IMG/VR virus record: IMGVR_UViG_3300029427_000006
Reading direction: 5' to 3' (one strand)
DNA length: 45,441 bases
Origin: a virus
The notes beneath the pieces are model-generated. The model searched no databases and had not been told where the DNA came from. It worked only from the letters and a program-made list of their open reading frames with translations. Numbering within the stretch: the first letter of the stretch is position 1; each line of letters opens with the position of its first letter. Positions 41,353-45,441 of the stretch are shown one piece after another. The translations under genes and the position numbers were made by a program.

Positions 41353-41401
41353 TGTTTCACCCCCTTTCCCCATGATTTTCAGCATCGTCCAGATGACCAG
41401 A

Positions 41402-41788
41402 TCACGCATACACAATTCCTGCCATCTCGGCCATGCAGTCTTCTACAAAATCGTTTCGGTCGCTGAGCGCCTGAATCTGCGCTTTGAGGAGCGTGCGTTC
41501 CTTCTCTTCAGCTGTCGGTTCGGGCGCAGGCCGCGCGTCAAAGTCCGCATCCATCTCGGCCTGTGTCCGCTGCGCAACCAGCCCGTCAACGAGCTTGTAG
41601 CGGTACACGCCGCGCTCATCCGTGAGCGGCTTGAGCAGATAGTTGTTCTGCGCGTGCCGGTATCGGTCGCCCTCGCCCTCGTCAATCTGTGTCCAGCCGT
41701 CGCCGCTCACAAACGCGTCGCTGTTGATCGCCGTCACGCGCCCCGCGTCGTCGGTCTGCACCAGCACCTTGCAGCTCTCTGTGTCCAT
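41402..41788 (-). CDS. Hypothetical protein downstream of the fibre gene (XkdW-like position)
   Basis: 128 aa. NSDAFVSGDGWTQIDEGEGDRYRHAQNNYL. Confidence 0.55.
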   Translation of the reverse strand: MDTESCKVLVQTDDAGRVTAINSDAFVSGDGWTQIDEGEGDRYRHAQNNYLLKPLTDERGVYRYKLVDGLVAQRTQAEMDADFDARPAPEPTAEEKERTLLKAQIQALSDRNDFVEDCMAEMAGIVYA

Positions 41789-41800
41789 GTCATCCCTCCT

Positions 41801-43585
41801 TTACAGGTCGGCAGAAATGTCAATATCTCCTTGCGGCGTAATCACGCCGGTGCAGATTCCCGTCACGGCAACCGCGCACTTGACGACGACGCGGTTTGCG
41901 TTTGCGTTATGTGCTGTGGCCGTCTCGGTCGTCGTTCCCTGCGCGCTGCCCAACGTGTAGTAAAATTTGCCACCACCCGTTACGGTCGGTGAAATCCGCA
42001 TCGTCTGAGTTAGTGCAATAAACGCGTAGGCCACGCCATTTGCAGCATAACCGGGGAACGTTTCGTTGTTGGCCTTGATCTTGCGATAGTATATCAGGCA
42101 CTCGGCCAGTTCCGCCGCGTATCCCTTCGGCACATACGGCGGCAGGGTCTCCGCTGTGTATTCGCCCTCATACAGGGCTGCCCACTGAACGATTGCTGCC
42201 GTTCCCGTACTACCGGTATCAGGCGAAATATAAATGTTCACCACTTCATCACCGGTTAGACCGCTGGGCTTCGTCAACTTTAGAACCAATGTGCGCTCTG
42301 CCGGATCACCTTGAAAATAGCCAGGATCGCCAAAATTTACAGTACCGCTGCCGATATATGCATATAATCTGCATGCAACTGGGAAAATGCCATGCACCGC
42401 AAGCGTCATCGTATCAACAAATCGTTTTGCTTCGATTTTCTGCTGGATACCAGCAGTCCAGTTCGATTTGTCGGATACAACTTTCAAACCATTCGAGACA
42501 AGGGAAACCGTCGCACCTGTTGTCACCTCCCAGCGATCCACAGCATACCCGGTCGCGCCGTGCGCCCCGTTCACGCCCGCCTGCGCAATCGGGTGGGCAA
42601 AGTCGCTGTTGTCCAGCAGGTTGTACGGCTGTCCAAAATTATACTTGGCGATCTCAAGCGCCACATTCTCCGCGAGATTGTCGATGCTGCCCGTGTCGCC
42701 GCGTGGGATGGTCAGCGTAATAACCGGGTTCTCCGCCGTGCCGCTTTGGGTGACGCTTGCTTGTGTGCCCGCCTCGCCAGTAACAACTTTGGCCGTAATT
42801 TTCGGGGTTGCGCCAGTCGCGCCCGTGTTTCCCTTGTCTCCCTTTGGGATAGCAAAAGACAGATTATAATGGCCGTCCACAAGCGACAAGTCTGCCGTCG
42901 GTGCAGCGCCCGCTTCAAGACCGGATGCCTGCACAGTCATGTTGTCGATTTTTCCAGCGGCGGTATTTGCGGCTTTTGTTGCTGCGTTGGCGTTGTCCGT
43001 CGCCGTCTGCGCGGCCTTGGTCGCGTTGTTTGCGTTCGTGGCTGCTGTGTTTGCCGCCTTAGTTGCTGCGTTGGCGTTGGTCGTCGCCGTCTGCGCGGCC
43101 TTGGTCGCGTTGTTTGCATCGGTTGCAGCTGTGCTTGCAGCCTTCGCTGCCGATTCTGCGGCGGCAATTTGCGCCAGAAGCTCATCAAGCGACGGAATAA
43201 CGTTTTCCTCATCGACAATCGCGTCTGTCATGCTGCGCACGACATAGCCGTTTCCCCAAAATACCGACTTGCGGCTTTCACCGATGGAAACCTTAATGAT
43301 GAGGTTAAAGTTGCCGACGACGTAATAGCAGCCCTCCGAAAGCGTGAGGGACACGACATTGCCGCTGATCGCTCCCACGATGGGAACGGTATACCCGTCT
43401 GCACGGATAAAATAGCCCTGAGCGCTTGCGCCGCTCAAATCCATTTCTTGAGCGCCTCGATAGAAAGAAAGCTCGAAAATATGCGCGTCCTTGTCACCTG
43501 ACGCATACAGCGACTTTAGCGGGGTCATCTGGATTTCAGCGTCAACGTCAACTCTGCGCTTGAATACGCCGAGATTCAAGGCCAT
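41801..43585 (-). CDS. Tail fibre / baseplate upper protein-like (BppU-N), with an Ala/Asn/Thr coiled repeat and a short collagen-like run
   Basis: N-terminal GDKDAHIFELSFYRG..DLSGASAQGYFIRADG; 28-aa repeat x2; KGDKGNTGATGATP. ATG at 43585 overlaps the upstream stop. Confidence 0.7.
   Translation of the reverse strand: MALNLGVFKRRVDVDAEIQMTPLKSLYASGDKDAHIFELSFYRGAQEMDLSGASAQGYFIRADGYTVPIVGAISGNVVSLTLSEGCYYVVGNFNLIIKVSIGESRKSVFWGNGYVVRSMTDAIVDEENVIPSLDELLAQIAAAESAAKAASTAATDANNATKAAQTATTNANAATKAANTAATNANNATKAAQTATDNANAATKAANTAAGKIDNMTVQASGLEAGAAPTADLSLVDGHYNLSFAIPKGDKGNTGATGATPKITAKVVTGEAGTQASVTQSGTAENPVITLTIPRGDTGSIDNLAENVALEIAKYNFGQPYNLLDNSDFAHPIAQAGVNGAHGATGYAVDRWEVTTGATVSLVSNGLKVVSDKSNWTAGIQQKIEAKRFVDTMTLAVHGIFPVACRLYAYIGSGTVNFGDPGYFQGDPAERTLVLKLTKPSGLTGDEVVNIYISPDTGSTGTAAIVQWAALYEGEYTAETLPPYVPKGYAAELAECLIYYRKIKANNETFPGYAANGVAYAFIALTQTMRISPTVTGGGKFYYTLGSAQGTTTETATAHNANANRVVVKCAVAVTGICTGVITPQGDIDISADL
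42978..43145. repeat. 84-bp tandem repeat x2 inside the fibre gene
   Basis: gttgctgcgttggcgttg..cgtcgccgtctgcgcggccttggtcgcgttgtttgc occurs at 42978 and 43062. Confidence 0.8.
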
Positions 43586-43848
43586 CACTCCTTTGCCAGC
43601 TTTACAAGCACGCTGCCGTTTTTGTTGCGCTGGATGGCTGCAAGTTCGGTAAATCCTTCATAGATTTCGGTCACGCCGGGTTTCGTCTCGTCTGTCTTCT
43701 CAATCCTGCTGTTGTCCTCGAAATCAGCGGCAATTTCCGACAGGCGACGATTGCCGGGGATCTCGATCATCAGACTTCCGGATTCGCTGGTTGGGCCGAA
43801 CGCCCAGTTTGCATCAAGCGTCTTGCCTTTGCTCGTCGTGATTTTCAT
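43585..43848 (-). CDS. Hypothetical 87-aa protein
   Basis: RBS GAAGGAGGAATCCGCAA-ATG. Confidence 0.6.
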   Translation of the reverse strand: MKITTSKGKTLDANWAFGPTSESGSLMIEIPGNRRLSEIAADFEDNSRIEKTDETKPGVTEIYEGFTELAAIQRNKNGSVLVKLAKE

Positions 43849-44011
43849 TTGCGGATTCCTCCTTCACGCTTAAAAGGGTTCTCCTTACCTTATCGATTTG
43901 TTGCATTGCCGTTAGCAAACGGTCAAGGTTTGATCTTCCCGACGTTTGAACATCGTCCAGAAGAATAAGCGCATTTCCGAGCGCAAGCGTCATTCCGTTT
44001 ATATCGTCCAT
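43814..44011 (-). CDS. Hypothetical 65-aa protein
   Basis: Tracked ORF directly after the Tal stop. Confidence 0.45.
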   Translation of the reverse strand: MDDINGMTLALGNALILLDDVQTSGRSNLDRLLTAMQQIDKVRRTLLSVKEESANENHDEQRQDA

Positions 44012-44015
44012 ATCA

Positions 44016-45441
44016 TCAACTCCATTTCAAATATTGAATCGTTGAATAAGACAGTCCTGTCACAAAAGTTTTACTATCTCCTTTTACGCTTTTTACTGTC
44101 CCATCACTGTTCAAATTGACTTGTGAAACATACACGACTGTCCCGGTGCTTCTTCCTGTGGCGACATCTAGGCTTTCCAAAGATATAGGTTTCGTGTCTA
44201 AAGTCATCGAATTAATCACAGCTTTATTGTTTACGCCAAGAAAGTTCGTAACTACACTTTCGTTCATTGTCAGCTTAAAATCTGCCAATTCAGCGGATAG
44301 CTGGTCTGCCGTGACGTATCCTTTCAGTGCGATCTTGTCCGCTTTCAGCTCGATTTCGCTGTTCAGACCGTCGATTCTGATTTCTGCGCTACTAACTCTT
44401 TCGCCGAGCGCGTCCGTTACAGTCGCGTCCGCTTTTAAGATAATCGAGCTGTTTAATCCGTCAATCTTGACTTCCGCGGATTTGATGTCCCCTTCCGCTG
44501 TTTCGACACGCCCCACAAGGCCAATCTGCCCATCCGCGCCGTTCAGCGTGATCTCCGCCGACGATAGACGTTCTCCTATGTCTGTAACCGTCTTTGCATC
44601 GGCTTTCATGTTGATAAGGCCGCCCCCGGCGGCGGTTGCGGAGATGGCGGCGTTCACGTCCTCAAACTTGTTATGCCGACCAACAAGCATTGATACAAGG
44701 CCGCCGTTATCGCTCGATGCGGTAATCAAGGCGTTGATCGTCTCGACGTTTCCCGCCCAATTTCCCGTGATTGCTGTTTTTGTTGCGTATAGGTCGGCGT
44801 GATTCGCCTCAATCTTCACGCCAGCTTCTTTAACCCATGCCTCCGTTGCGCTCGTGAAGGAATCGGTCTTTTTAAGCATATCAAGCACGGACGTTTTCGA
44901 CAGGCTGGTGCCTTTGCCGCCGCCGATATACTTTTTTGTGCTGTTCTGCGACGAGCCGCCTGTAACGGTGTTGTCCAGCCGGACGAGATCTTCCGCCGTG
45001 TCGCGGATGTTGCTTGCAAGCGTCAGCCTTACGCCGCGCGGGTCGCCGTAAACGTCAGTGATGCTGCGCACGAGGATTCGCTCTTCCATTTTCACGCCGT
45101 AATCAGGGAGCGCAAGCCGGAAAAGCCGCCCGATTCGGAAGGAATCAAGGCTTTCCCCGGTCGCGGTCGCCAAATCAACGCCGTTGATCTCAATGCTGAT
45201 TCGCGGGTTTTTGTGGTCTTCGAGGTATCGCGTGATGTAGCTTTTCAAGCTCTCAGCGGTCACGCCCTCTCCGGCGGTGATCGTCTTCGTGATGATGCCC
45301 CACACGCCGACGGTCGGACCGTCGATGTAGTGCGGCTCTGGGAGGCTCTTGCAGTAAATCCGCGTGCAGAACTCGTCATCGGATATCGAGACGCTGACGC
45401 TTTCGAGGTTTCGGCTCAGCCGCCCCTCACAGCTCGCGGTT
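44016..45441 (-). CDS. Tail-associated protein (Tal), C-terminal part; upstream part is 1..662 via the circle junction
   Basis: The frame is open through 45305 to the window end. The tracked Met at 45305 is internal. The 3' ~300 nt are A/T-rich by eye. Confidence 0.75.
   Translation of the reverse strand, partial: TASCEGRLSRNLESVSVSISDDEFCTRIYCKSLPEPHYIDGPTVGVWGIITKTITAGEGVTAESLKSYITRYLEDHKNPRISIEINGVDLATATGESLDSFRIGRLFRLALPDYGVKMEERILVRSITDVYGDPRGVRLTLASNIRDTAEDLVRLDNTVTGGSSQNSTKKYIGGGKGTSLSKTSVLDMLKKTDSFTSATEAWVKEAGVKIEANHADLYATKTAITGNWAGNVETINALITASSDNGGLVSMLVGRHNKFEDVNAAISATAAGGGLINMKADAKTVTDIGERLSSAEITLNGADGQIGLVGRVETAEGDIKSAEVKIDGLNSSIILKADATVTDALGERVSSAEIRIDGLNSEIELKADKIALKGYVTADQLSAELADFKLTMNESVVTNFLGVNNKAVINSMTLDTKPISLESLDVATGRSTGTVVYVSQVNLNSDGTVKSVKGDSKTFVTGLSYSTIQYLKWS
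45319..45441. repeat. Terminal overlap, copy 2 (identical to 1-123)
   Basis: Exact match read directly. Confidence 0.95.

Noticed and set aside
39601-43585. A diversity-generating retroelement targeting the fibre genes.
   Set aside because: No reverse transcriptase ORF is present anywhere in the genome. The internal repeats are in-frame tandem duplications, not a template/variable repeat pair with adenine-specific differences.
45319-45441. A biological direct terminal repeat or cos-type end.
   Set aside because: The repeat falls in the middle of an open reading frame that continues seamlessly across it. The simplest reading is the overlap left by assembling a circular or circularly permuted genome. 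Real termini cannot be inferred from this sequence alone.

Overview
The window is a complete, circularly closed genome of a temperate siphovirus-type tailed phage. Bases 1-123 are identical to 45319-45441, so the unique length is 45,318 bp. GGAGG-type ribosome-binding sites, an LL-H-type holin, an NlpC/P60+SH3 endolysin and BppU-like fibres suggest a Firmicutes/Clostridia-like host; this is inference, with no database search. Almost all genes are on the minus strand. In transcription order, a Cro-like switch (27.6 kb) is followed by YqaJ-exonuclease/RecT recombination genes. Next comes a 636-bp non-coding iteron region, then a DnaD-like initiator, a DnaB helicase, an antirepressor, VRR-NUC, SSB and a MazG-like gene. 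A block of small Cys-rich and Lar-like proteins follows, then a late regulator and a ParB-DNA methyltransferase broken by a poly-G frameshift. After that come TerS/TerL, portal, MuF, the head genes, the tail genes (with a -1 frameshifted chaperone), TMP, Dit and a Tal gene that crosses the circle junction. Two BppU-like fibres and the lysis cassette follow. Last come two accessory units driven by duplicated consensus promoters, ending at attP. attP has a tRNA 3'-end core and six arm-type repeats. The plus-strand lysogeny module holds a CI-like repressor, two secreted/membrane moron proteins and a tyrosine integrase. The best candidate for something undescribed is the accessory region at 31.6-37.1 kb. 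It contains a protein with a double-glycine-leader-like N-terminus, a Gly/Trp-rich transmembrane segment and many cysteines. It also contains a stand-alone protein with a papain-like Cys/His arrangement, Q/P-rich proteins and a possible jelly-roll protein. None of these functions could be assigned from sequence alone. All product calls come from motif recognition by eye and carry that uncertainty.
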